This document shows, in pieces, positions 50,685 to 59,138 of a stretch of 64,000 nt of DNA (position 1 is the first letter of the stretch; every line of letters begins with the position of its first letter). Under the pieces are notes generated by a model, which worked only from the letters and a program-made list of their open reading frames with translations, was not told the DNA's origin and made no database searches. A program made the translations under genes and the position numbers. The DNA comes from an uncultured archaeon (GTDB lineage: Archaea > Micrarchaeota > Micrarchaeia > Micrarchaeales > CABMGC01): assembly GCA_963830445.1 (NCBI GenBank), contig CAWHMC010000015.1, positions 3,999 through 67,998 on the forward strand, in the 5' to 3' direction.

Positions 50685-51069
50685 CGGCCTCGTCGGCCAT
50701 CAGCCTAGAGTTGTAGTAGTTGTAGTAGGTGCGCCACTGCAGCTCGGCCGCGTTCCAGGTCACCAGCTCCATCCTCCACAGGTTCGTCTGCAGGCTCGCC
50801 GCTCCTCCCTGTAGCGTGTACTTCGCCAGCTCCATGTTGCCCGCCATGTTGAGCGTCATCTCCCTCGCCAGCTCCTGGTCGCCCATGAGCTGCGCGCGCA
50901 TCTCCTTCACCTGCTGCTTCTCCTCTGGTGGGGTCCTGCGCTCGAGCGGCTTAAGCGCCGTGAGCTTCTGCTCACGCTCATCCTCGTCTTCTTCTCCCCT
51001 GCGCAGCAGGGGCAAAAATGCGACAGAGCCAGCCGCATTCTGCCGCTTGCGCTCCAGTAACGCCACCAC
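50653..51069 (-). CDS. Orphan helical protein
   Basis: TATATATC box about 38 nt upstream on minus. Confidence 0.55.
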   Translation of the reverse strand: MVALLERKRQNAAGSVAFLPLLRRGEEDEDEREQKLTALKPLERRTPPEEKQQVKEMRAQLMGDQELAREMTLNMAGNMELAKYTLQGGAASLQTNLWRMELVTWNAAELQWRTYYNYYNSRLMADEAARESAEEQSR

Positions 51070-51120
51070 GCCCTTACCGATATCAATTGTGCGTTTTTTG
51101 ATATATAAGGTTAGTCTACG

Positions 51121-51151
51121 AAAAAACAGGGCTCGCCGTTTGGACGGCGGG
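51121..51151 (-). terminator. Hairpin plus U-tract downstream of mtnA
   Basis: Minus strand CCCGCCGT-CCAA-ACGGCGAG then CCCTGTTTTTT. Confidence 0.55.
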
Positions 51152-51217
51152 ATTAAATATCAGTAAATTCATATTTGCCTTATACGATTTATTTAGTTTC
51201 GGAAGACCGGAGGGCAA

Positions 51218-52300
51218 TCAGACCATGCTTCCTTCTTTTGAGATCAGTGACTTCAGCGATTTTTCATAGGGGGCACGGGCAATACCTAATTCGGTTATGA
51301 TTCCCGTGATAAGTTCCGGCGGCGTGCAGTCGAATGCGGGGTTGATTGCACCAACGTGCTCAGGAGCTATGGTGACCTTGCCCATCACGCTTTTTACCTC
51401 GTTAGGGTCCCTCTGCTCGATCCTGACCTGATCCCACTTCGTGACCGGATCTATGGTGGAGGTCGGTGCCGCAACATAGAACTCCACATTGCCGAAGTGA
51501 TGTGCGAGTATGGCAAGAGAAAACGTGCCTATCTTGTTGAATACGTGGCCCGTAGACACTATGCGGTCCGCACCGGCGAGCACTTTCGTTACTTTATACT
51601 CCTTCATCACATGCGCTGCGGCATTATCCGTCACCACGCGAACCGGGATGCCGTCGCGGTCCAGCTCCCATGCCGTTAGGCGCGAGCCCTGCAGGAGCGG
51701 GCGCGTCTCGGTGGCTATAACTTCAAACCTCTTCCCCTCGGCCCAGGCGGCCCTCAATGGGGCAGTGGCGGTGCCTATGCCGTCGCAGGCCAGGACGCCT
51801 GCGTTGCATACGGTCATTATTACGTCTCCATCGTGTATCAAACTCTTCCCAAACTCTCCGATCCTGGCGTTTGCAGCTACGTTCTCAGCCCTAACGTGCT
51901 GTGCTTCGTGTATTGCGATAAGCTTGATGCGCCTAGGGGTCGTATCCTTTCCGCACTCTACCTCAACCACCTTTACCAGGCGGTTTATACCCCAGGCGAG
52001 ATTCACTGCGGTGGGCCTGGTCTTGACTAGTATCTCAGCAGCAGACTTCACACTCCTCAGTATCTCTTCCTTCGAGTCAGGCGCATTATTCGCCGCCAGA
52101 GCTATTCCAAAAGCACCAGCCTCTCCAAGAACCGGTGCACCACGTATCTCCAACTTCTTTATAGCTAGGGCAAGTCGGTCTATGCTCTTCGTCGAGACGT
52201 ACGCCTCTTTCCACGGTATCTGGGCGTTGTCCAGCCAGACCACTTCTCCCTTCTTCTCGTTCCAGTCAACCGGGACTATGCTTGATGTTGCGCTGCCCAT
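51218..52300 (-). CDS. mtnA: Methylthioribose-1-phosphate isomerase (eIF2B-like family)
   Basis: IRGAP, TRPTAVNL, CNAG.LA..G.GTA, ETRPLLQGSRLTAWEL, GADRI, NKIGT, NPAFD.TP. Confidence 0.88.
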   Translation of the reverse strand: MGSATSSIVPVDWNEKKGEVVWLDNAQIPWKEAYVSTKSIDRLALAIKKLEIRGAPVLGEAGAFGIALAANNAPDSKEEILRSVKSAAEILVKTRPTAVNLAWGINRLVKVVEVECGKDTTPRRIKLIAIHEAQHVRAENVAANARIGEFGKSLIHDGDVIMTVCNAGVLACDGIGTATAPLRAAWAEGKRFEVIATETRPLLQGSRLTAWELDRDGIPVRVVTDNAAAHVMKEYKVTKVLAGADRIVSTGHVFNKIGTFSLAILAHHFGNVEFYVAAPTSTIDPVTKWDQVRIEQRDPNEVKSVMGKVTIAPEHVGAINPAFDCTPPELITGIITELGIARAPYEKSLKSLISKEGSMV

Positions 52301-52313
52301 GGATTCCTCAACT

Positions 52314-52700
52314 TTACCTAAGCGAGACCGGTTCAGCCTTCGTCGTCTCCTTCTCAACCACAACCGCAGTGCCGTAGGCCACTATCTCGGTCATTATGCC
52401 CCTAATATCAGAAGAATCGAAGCCCATGCTCAGCACCGCGTTCGCGCCCAACCCCTTTGCGTGCTCTTCAAGCCTCCGTATGGCATCCTGCCTTGCGTCT
52501 GCGAGCATACGGGTGTACTCGTTTATCTCCCCTCCCACCAGGCTCCGCAGGTTGGCGACGATGTTCCCGCCTATCCCCCTGCTGCGCACGATAAGCCCGA
52601 AAGTGAGCCCGATCACCTTTGTGATCCTGTAGCCAGGGACATAATCCGTCGTAACCACGATTATGTTTCCCTGCATTTTGTCTGCCGGTGTCTCGCTCAT
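52314..52700 (-). CDS. YbjQ/UPF0145 family protein
   Basis: VTTDYVPG, VGGEINEYT, GANAV, AYGTAV. Confidence 0.9.
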   Translation of the reverse strand: MSETPADKMQGNIIVVTTDYVPGYRITKVIGLTFGLIVRSRGIGGNIVANLRSLVGGEINEYTRMLADARQDAIRRLEEHAKGLGANAVLSMGFDSSDIRGIMTEIVAYGTAVVVEKETTKAEPVSLR

Positions 52701-52780
52701 TTCATCATCCCAATTACCTTATTCTATCCATACCTATAAAATACTCATCGACATATAATCGGAACGCTTAAAGTGAATTC

Positions 52781-53284
52781 ATGGAGCAGATACTCATACC
52801 ACAGAAGCGCGTTGCGGTGCTTAAGCGTATGCTGGACAAGGTAGCGAAGAGGCTAGGCTGCACCATCGAGCTCTCCGACAGCAACGAGGTCACGATCAAC
52901 GGCGACGGTTACGCGGAGTACAACGCGCGGAATGTGATCCAGGCGTTCGGGCGCGGTTTCCCCATGGACGACGCCTACAAGCTGCTCGACGAGCAGTACT
53001 TCTTCAAGTACATCAACCTCAAGGACATACTGAAGAACGAGGACCAGATAACGCGGATAAAAGCGCGCATAATCGGCACCAACGGAAAGACGAAGGAGTA
53101 CATCGAGGCGGTCAGCGATGCCATCCTGTCGATATACGGGAACACCATCGGGATGATTGGCACGACGGAGCAGCTGGCGGTCGCAACGGGCGCCCTCCAG
53201 GTACTTGTGGAAGGCGGAACGCACAAAAAGGCTTATAGAATCATGGAGGGCATTAAGAGGAAATACAGAGACGGTGCAACGTGA
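52781..53284 (+). CDS. KH-domain rRNA processing protein (Dim2/Pno1-like)
   Basis: AFGRGF, RIKARIIGTNGKTK, LVEGGTH. Confidence 0.88.
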   Translation: MEQILIPQKRVAVLKRMLDKVAKRLGCTIELSDSNEVTINGDGYAEYNARNVIQAFGRGFPMDDAYKLLDEQYFFKYINLKDILKNEDQITRIKARIIGTNGKTKEYIEAVSDAILSIYGNTIGMIGTTEQLAVATGALQVLVEGGTHKKAYRIMEGIKRKYRDGAT

Positions 53285-54948
53285 TGGCGACCACACTTAG
53301 CGCAGATGAGATCTTCAAGGAGTTCAAGGAGCACTCCATCTCGGAGTTCTTCAGGAAGAACAGCCAGATGCTTGGCTACTCGGGCAAGGTACGTTCGCTC
53401 ACAACCATAGTCCACGAGTACGTCACCAACTCCCTGGACGCCTGCGAAGAGGCGGGCATCCTCCCGGAGATACGCATCGAGATAAAGCCGCTCGAGGGCG
53501 AGGGAAAGTACACGATAAAGGTCATTGACAACGGTCCGGGCATCCCGAGCAAGCACGTGGGCAAGGCGCTCGCCACGGTCCTCGCAGGGACGAAGTTCCA
53601 CAGGTACCTGCAGCAGCGCGGGCAGCAGGGCATCGGAGCCGCAGGGTGCACACTCTACTCCAAGATTACAACAGGCAAACCGATTAGCGTGCGGGGCGCA
53701 ACCGACAAGGAGGCCTACTCCTGCGAGGTCACGATCGACATAAAGTCGAACAGGCCGATAATCACGAACATGCAGAAGATAACGCGCGCAGAGAAAGGGA
53801 TGGAGGTCGAGGGAGAGTTCGGCGACCTGAAGTACGAGAACAGCGACCACGGCGTGTACGAATATATAAAGCGCACGGCGCTTTCGAATCCCCACACCAC
53901 ACTTATACTAATAGAGCCGACTGGAAAGGAAGTCGCATTCCTGCGCTCGATAAAAGAGCTGCCGAAGCGGCCCAAGGAGATAAAGCCCCACCCGCTGGGC
54001 ATAGAGACCAACGACCTGGTCGAGTTCGCCCAGAGGACGCCCACCAAGAAGCTCAGTGCCTTCGTCGCCGAGACCTTCTCGCGCGTGAGCGACGGAAAAC
54101 TTGCCGAGCTAAGGGAGCTCGCCAGCGACGTCGACTGGGACCAGGAGCCGCACAAGCTCACCTGGCCCGACGCGGAGAAGATAATCAAGGCGTTCAAGCA
54201 GATCAAGTGGATGGCACCCGACCTGGACTCCCTTTCAACCATCGGCCAGCAGCAGGTCGAGGTCACCATGAAGAACATCCTCAACCCCAAGTTCCTGAGC
54301 GTGGTGGAGCGCAAGCCCAAGGTCTTCCGCGGCGGCATCCCCTTCGTTGTTGAAGCCGGGATAGCCTACGGCGGCGATGCGGGCAAGACCGTGGGTGAGG
54401 TTCCAACCCAGGAGGAGGGCGAGGAGGCCTCCATTCTCTCGGAAGGCAACGTCCTCCGCTTCGCCAACAAGGTCCCGCTCCTCTTCGACGGATCCAACTG
54501 CGCCATAACCGAGGCGGTGAAGGGCATCCAGTGGAAGCGCTACGGCATCGCCAACTTCGAGCAGGAACCGGTCAGCATATTCGTCAACGTCTCGAGCGTC
54601 TACGTGCCCTACTCCGGTCCGGGCAAGCAGGCGGTGGCCAAGGAGGACGATATAATAGAGGAGATCCGGCTGGCGGTCATGGACTGCGGCCGGATCCTGC
54701 AGCGCTACCTCAGGGGGATGCACAACCAGAAGCTCCAGGAGTCGCGCTACAAGACCATAATGCGCTACGTCACCCAGCTCTCCAAGGACCTGGGCGAGAT
54801 CACCGGTGCAGACCCGGCGAAGATAGAAGCCTCGCTCAAGCTGACCATAGAGAAGAAGTACAACAAGCTCTTCTCCGAGGACGCGGCGAACCTGGGCGAG
54901 GCGGCTAAGCATGAAGATACAGAATCAGAAAGCACAGAAGAGGACTAA
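53281..54948 (+). CDS. top6B: DNA topoisomerase VI subunit B
   Basis: SISEFF, HEYVTNSLDA, DNGPGI, RGQQGIG, RFANKVPL. Confidence 0.95.
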   Translation: MMATTLSADEIFKEFKEHSISEFFRKNSQMLGYSGKVRSLTTIVHEYVTNSLDACEEAGILPEIRIEIKPLEGEGKYTIKVIDNGPGIPSKHVGKALATVLAGTKFHRYLQQRGQQGIGAAGCTLYSKITTGKPISVRGATDKEAYSCEVTIDIKSNRPIITNMQKITRAEKGMEVEGEFGDLKYENSDHGVYEYIKRTALSNPHTTLILIEPTGKEVAFLRSIKELPKRPKEIKPHPLGIETNDLVEFAQRTPTKKLSAFVAETFSRVSDGKLAELRELASDVDWDQEPHKLTWPDAEKIIKAFKQIKWMAPDLDSLSTIGQQQVEVTMKNILNPKFLSVVERKPKVFRGGIPFVVEAGIAYGGDAGKTVGEVPTQEEGEEASILSEGNVLRFANKVPLLFDGSNCAITEAVKGIQWKRYGIANFEQEPVSIFVNVSSVYVPYSGPGKQAVAKEDDIIEEIRLAVMDCGRILQRYLRGMHNQKLQESRYKTIMRYVTQLSKDLGEITGADPAKIEASLKLTIEKKYNKLFSEDAANLGEAAKHEDTESESTEED

Positions 54949-54951
54949 TTC

Positions 54952-57315
54952 TCAGTAGAGCAGTTCGTCGAGGCGCTCCGCATCGATCAGTTCCACGGCG
55001 TTGTTCTCTAGGGCCATGCGCAGCAGCTCCGTCTTCTTCCCCGCCTTGCCGTACACGTCGTCCTCGAAGGCCTGCTTCGCCTCGCCGTTCAGGAAGACCA
55101 CGAATATCTTGTGGCCCGAGTGCACCGGCAGCTTGCGCACGCCCGACCTGCTGGAGTAGATGAACACGGGCACCTGCTTGTTGCGCGTCGTTATCACCAT
55201 GTCCGCCTCGGTGTTCGCATCCAGGTCGGTGAAGAAGAGCGCGTGCTCCACCAGGAAGTCCCGCAGCTTCCTGAAGATTATCAGGTACTCGATGTCGTGC
55301 TTGGACGCATCCACCCACTTCGCCGGCATGTAGTACTCGTCGGCGCAGACCAGCTTCCCGGCGTCGGCAAGGTGGTACAGCACCTCGTTCGTGTTCTGCA
55401 GCGTTATGGAGAGGGGGGTGTTGCCCGATCGTATGTTCGTGCTGATGCCAGACTTGATCTCCTCGGGCGTGAGCGGCATGAAGCGCCAGTGGTAGTGGTA
55501 GTTTATCGTCTCGAAGAGGTTCACTATGTTGTCGCCCGGAATGGTCACCTCGGTCTTCTTCACCGGAGGCAGCTCCGGGGCGTCTATGAAGTATTGCTCC
55601 CGGTTCGGCGCCCGCAGGATCACGTTCAGCAGCAGAATCACCACGGCTGCGGCTCCGAACTCTATATATATCGAAGGTATGCCCGCCGGAGCCGTATCAT
55701 AGGGGTGGAAGGTGTAGGCCTTGTTGAGTATGATGATCTTCATGGTCTCCGATCCGTATTGTATCGGCGCATGCGCCGGCAGCGCGTAGGTTATCAGCCC
55801 GTTCCTTATGGTTCCGTTCTGCGGGTAGGCTCCGTTGAGTGTTATGCTGTAGGGTGCACCGTTGAGCGGGGTGCCCGAGCTGTTTACCGAGATGAAGATC
55901 TGCCCCACGCTCCAGTTGGCTCCGGTAAGGGTGATGTTCAGGCTGGGCACGTAGAACACCGCTTTTCCGTAGCTCCTGTCGTTTATGTCAACGAGCGAGG
56001 CGATGTAGTAGGCGTTGGTGGAGAGGTTGCCGAACGGGTAGTACTGGATGATGGGCAGGGAGGTGTTGAAGAAGCTGAGCGGGAAGGCGTAGGCGAAGCT
56101 GAGGTTGCGGTTCGAGACCTCGATGCTGAACGACTTGCTCGAGGAGACGGTGTTCACCTTTATGCGTATGGGCACCACGTTCCCGTAGCCGATGACCGCG
56201 GGCACGCCCATGGTGCCGTTCGGCCGGAAGCTCACGCGGAACGGCAGCTCCAGGTTCTCCGAGCCGCCATCGTTGGAGACGTGGAGCCGTATGAGCGCGA
56301 AGGTGGCGTTGACCTGGTCCGAGACGTAGGGGGATGACATGTTGATTCCGCTCAGCCCGGAGGAGATAAGCGTGAGCCTGCCGTTCGGCTGCCAGTTGGT
56401 CTGGTTGAGCAGGTACCCGCCTGTTCCCAGCTGCGCCATCCAGTAGCGCGTGACGATCGCCTTGGAGAGGTCCTGCGCCTCGGCGCTTGCGTTCTTCCAG
56501 ATCTGCTGCGGCGTCCTGCTGAAGACCGCCAGCTCGCCGTTGGTGACGTTCTGGTAGGCCGAGGCGCCGTACATCTGGCCGAAAAGGAAGTTGAAGGAGG
56601 AGAGGTTGTAGATGAAGCCCGATGCGTATTTGGCGTAGGGCTGCGTGATCAGGTTCAGCCTGTGGAGCGTGAAGATCGTCGCGTTGGGCGTCTGGTAGGT
56701 TACTCCGGCCCCCCGCATGAATGAGAAATTGTCTCCTACATAGAGGACAGAGTCTCCCCTGTTGAACAGGTCCAGCAGGGTCACGTTCCTCACTCCCGGC
56801 GGCAGGGTGAGCCCGGAGTTCGGCATGATCTGCGCCGGCACGAATCCCGTCGAGAGCAGTATGAGCGAGTTAGGGCTGGTGGCGCTGATGTTGTTGATAT
56901 TGATCAGCTGCAGGCTGGTGCTGTTCCGCAGAATCCCGTCGCGGCTGAGGTTCGCTGCCAGAGCGGTGTAAAGCTGCGAGATGTTCAGGCACTCGTAGCA
57001 AGCGGTTCCGGCGTTCACCAGGTAGATGTTGAATATCGGATCCCTCCTGTAGACCCCGATGCTGAAGTTCACGGCGGTGGCGTTGGTGAAGGAGTAGCTG
57101 AGCTCACCGTACTCTACAAACGACTGGGCATTGTTGTAGGTCGCAACGTCCTTCCCTATCACGGTTGCGCTTATGCCGATGGGCCCTGCGACCTGCGCCA
57201 CGGGCTTGAGTTGGCTAAGCGTACTGGATACGAAGAGGTCAATTCCCACTATCATGAGGACGATCGCCAGTATAACTATGGCACCGACAACCATGAGCGT
57301 TCTTTTGGAGACCAT
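54952..57315 (-). CDS. Large surface protein with internal TM and cytoplasmic C-terminal domain
   Basis: N-terminal TM, NxS/T-rich region, second TM (IYIEFGAAAVVILLLNVIL), charged C-terminal domain. Confidence 0.8.
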   Translation of the reverse strand: MVSKRTLMVVGAIVILAIVLMIVGIDLFVSSTLSQLKPVAQVAGPIGISATVIGKDVATYNNAQSFVEYGELSYSFTNATAVNFSIGVYRRDPIFNIYLVNAGTACYECLNISQLYTALAANLSRDGILRNSTSLQLININNISATSPNSLILLSTGFVPAQIMPNSGLTLPPGVRNVTLLDLFNRGDSVLYVGDNFSFMRGAGVTYQTPNATIFTLHRLNLITQPYAKYASGFIYNLSSFNFLFGQMYGASAYQNVTNGELAVFSRTPQQIWKNASAEAQDLSKAIVTRYWMAQLGTGGYLLNQTNWQPNGRLTLISSGLSGINMSSPYVSDQVNATFALIRLHVSNDGGSENLELPFRVSFRPNGTMGVPAVIGYGNVVPIRIKVNTVSSSKSFSIEVSNRNLSFAYAFPLSFFNTSLPIIQYYPFGNLSTNAYYIASLVDINDRSYGKAVFYVPSLNITLTGANWSVGQIFISVNSSGTPLNGAPYSITLNGAYPQNGTIRNGLITYALPAHAPIQYGSETMKIIILNKAYTFHPYDTAPAGIPSIYIEFGAAAVVILLLNVILRAPNREQYFIDAPELPPVKKTEVTIPGDNIVNLFETINYHYHWRFMPLTPEEIKSGISTNIRSGNTPLSITLQNTNEVLYHLADAGKLVCADEYYMPAKWVDASKHDIEYLIIFRKLRDFLVEHALFFTDLDANTEADMVITTRNKQVPVFIYSSRSGVRKLPVHSGHKIFVVFLNGEAKQAFEDDVYGKAGKKTELLRMALENNAVELIDAERLDELLY

Positions 57316-57324
57316 GGCAACCCA

Positions 57325-57471
57325 TCATATGCTCTGCTTTTTCTCTATATACTTGTCCACCAGGTTCTGCACGAACTTCGACAGCACGTTGGTGTTCTGG
57401 TTCACGCTCTTGAGTATCTTGTAGGTCCGCACGTAGGCGAACTTCTTGTTTATGACCACTTCGTACTTCAT
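57325..57471 (-). CDS. 48-aa basic small protein
   Basis: MKYEVVINKKFAYVRTYKILKSVNQNTNVLSKFVQNLVDKYIEKKQSI; GGTG RBS; fills the operon gap; absent from the ORF track. Confidence 0.65.
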   Translation of the reverse strand: MKYEVVINKKFAYVRTYKILKSVNQNTNVLSKFVQNLVDKYIEKKQSI

Positions 57472-57479
57472 CCCCGCAC

Positions 57480-58217
57480 CTAGCTCTGGACCTCCAGGAA
57501 GCCGCGGGCCACCATCTTGTCAAGTATCTCCTCAACCCTCGGCGCGTTGATGCTGTAGGTCTTGGAGAAGAGATCGATGTCGATGCTGTTGTTGTGCACC
57601 TCTATCCAGTCCTCAACCATGGACATGAGCGACTCGTCGGAGTACTTCTGCAGCTTCTCAAGCTCCGCCTTCTGGGCCTTGTTCTCGGCGCTGAGCTGGG
57701 CCGCCTGTATGGTGAGGTTGCGGTTGGATGAGGAGAGCTCCAGGTTCAGGCGCTTGAATGCGCGGTACTCCTCCAGCATCCCGTCGTACTTGTTGAAGAG
57801 CGTGCTGTAGCTCGGCGTTATGCCTGCGAGCAGCTTGTCAAGTGTAGAATCGGCGTACTGGAGCAGCTCCGTCTGGCTCACGGTGTAATCGTCGGTGACC
57901 AGCGCGAGGATCGCGCAGACGCTGCGCAGTATGTTCGCCCTGCGCATGTCGCTGCTGGTGTCGGGTGGAATCGAGTAAACGGCCTCAACCCCGTCGCGCT
58001 TTATCATGATTATGTAGAAGAGGTAGGGCATCTTGTGGATGTTCCTGCTCTCCACCCGAGCGATGGTCAGTGCGTCTGCGTCAAGGCCTGTGGAGTAGAA
58101 AGGGATGACTGCAAGTTTGCTCTTTATCGCATCGAACGTGGTGAGCAGCTTGCCTGGGAACGTTATCTTTTCCATTTTCGGAGCCGGAATGCTCTCTTCT
58201 ACCACAATACCACTCAT
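57480..58217 (-). CDS. Coiled-coil protein with C-terminal winged-helix-like domain
   Basis: Heptads about aa 145-190; IDIDLFSKTYSINAPRVEEILDKMVARGFL. Confidence 0.75.
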   Translation of the reverse strand: MSGIVVEESIPAPKMEKITFPGKLLTTFDAIKSKLAVIPFYSTGLDADALTIARVESRNIHKMPYLFYIIMIKRDGVEAVYSIPPDTSSDMRRANILRSVCAILALVTDDYTVSQTELLQYADSTLDKLLAGITPSYSTLFNKYDGMLEEYRAFKRLNLELSSSNRNLTIQAAQLSAENKAQKAELEKLQKYSDESLMSMVEDWIEVHNNSIDIDLFSKTYSINAPRVEEILDKMVARGFLEVQS

Positions 58218-58343
58218 ACAATAATCAATATAATGTATTTATTGCTTGCGTTTGCCCGATTTATGCCCGCCTTTCGCCGTTGACGTGTGGTATAGCAACA
58301 AATTTAAACTATCCCAGGCAAATATGCTTAGCAGCGTGCTCAC

Positions 58344-59120
58344 ATGAAACCGTTCCTGCCACTCGCATTCGCGATCTTCTCGCTCCTGCTACTCTCCAAT
58401 GCCTATGCCTATTACAACATCACCTACACCAACACCACTGTCCTATTCAACGGGAACCAGAGCGCCCACGTGGTCGAGCAGTTCACCCTGTTCGTGAGCA
58501 ACTCTTCCTACTCCCAGTACCTGAGCAACCGGAATGCGGTGGGCCTGAGCCTTAACTACTGGCAGAACATCCTTTACACTAACCAGCTGGTGGAGCACAT
58601 AGTGAACAGCGGCCACAGCATAAGCCAGTTCGAGTTCCTGCCCGGCCCGCTGGCCACCGGCCCCACGGGCGGCGTAGCGACGCTCACCATAAACTACTAC
58701 ATCAACAACGTCACCCTGGTGACGAACACCGCCCCGCGCAGGTTCGAGTACACGTTCAACGACAGCCTCTTCAACTTCGAGAACACGGCCAACGGCCAGG
58801 CACTCCCCAACGCGGTACGCCTGAACTTCATAATACCGCACGGAGCCACCGCCGTGGCCATCTACCCGCTGCCGGACAGCCCCCAGCTCAACTTCATCAG
58901 CAACTCCACCAACGTCACCTCGTTCTCCTGGTACTCCGGGGAGCCCCTCTCCGGCTTCACGTTCCAGTACATCACCACACAGTCTCTGCAGGCCGAGGTG
59001 CTGCAGTACCTGCAGAACGTATACTCAAGCTACACCGCCGAGCTGTACCTCACTCTTATCGTAGCAATAGTACTCATCGGCGTCTACTCCTACCTGAAGA
59101 TAGTGCGCCAGGAGAAGTAG
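58344..59120 (+). CDS. Secreted, C-terminally anchored surface protein
   Basis: Signal peptide, IYPLPD motif, C-terminal TM. Confidence 0.75.
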   Translation: MKPFLPLAFAIFSLLLLSNAYAYYNITYTNTTVLFNGNQSAHVVEQFTLFVSNSSYSQYLSNRNAVGLSLNYWQNILYTNQLVEHIVNSGHSISQFEFLPGPLATGPTGGVATLTINYYINNVTLVTNTAPRRFEYTFNDSLFNFENTANGQALPNAVRLNFIIPHGATAVAIYPLPDSPQLNFISNSTNVTSFSWYSGEPLSGFTFQYITTQSLQAEVLQYLQNVYSSYTAELYLTLIVAIVLIGVYSYLKIVRQEK

Positions 59121-59138
59121 CAATCAGATACTGTTTTC

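Noticed and set aside
51510..56337. Long antisense ORFs (51510-52739, 55111-56337; likewise 29594-30526, 45069-45947, 48418-49359)
   Set aside because: Shadows of well-supported genes, expected with high GC at third codon positions.
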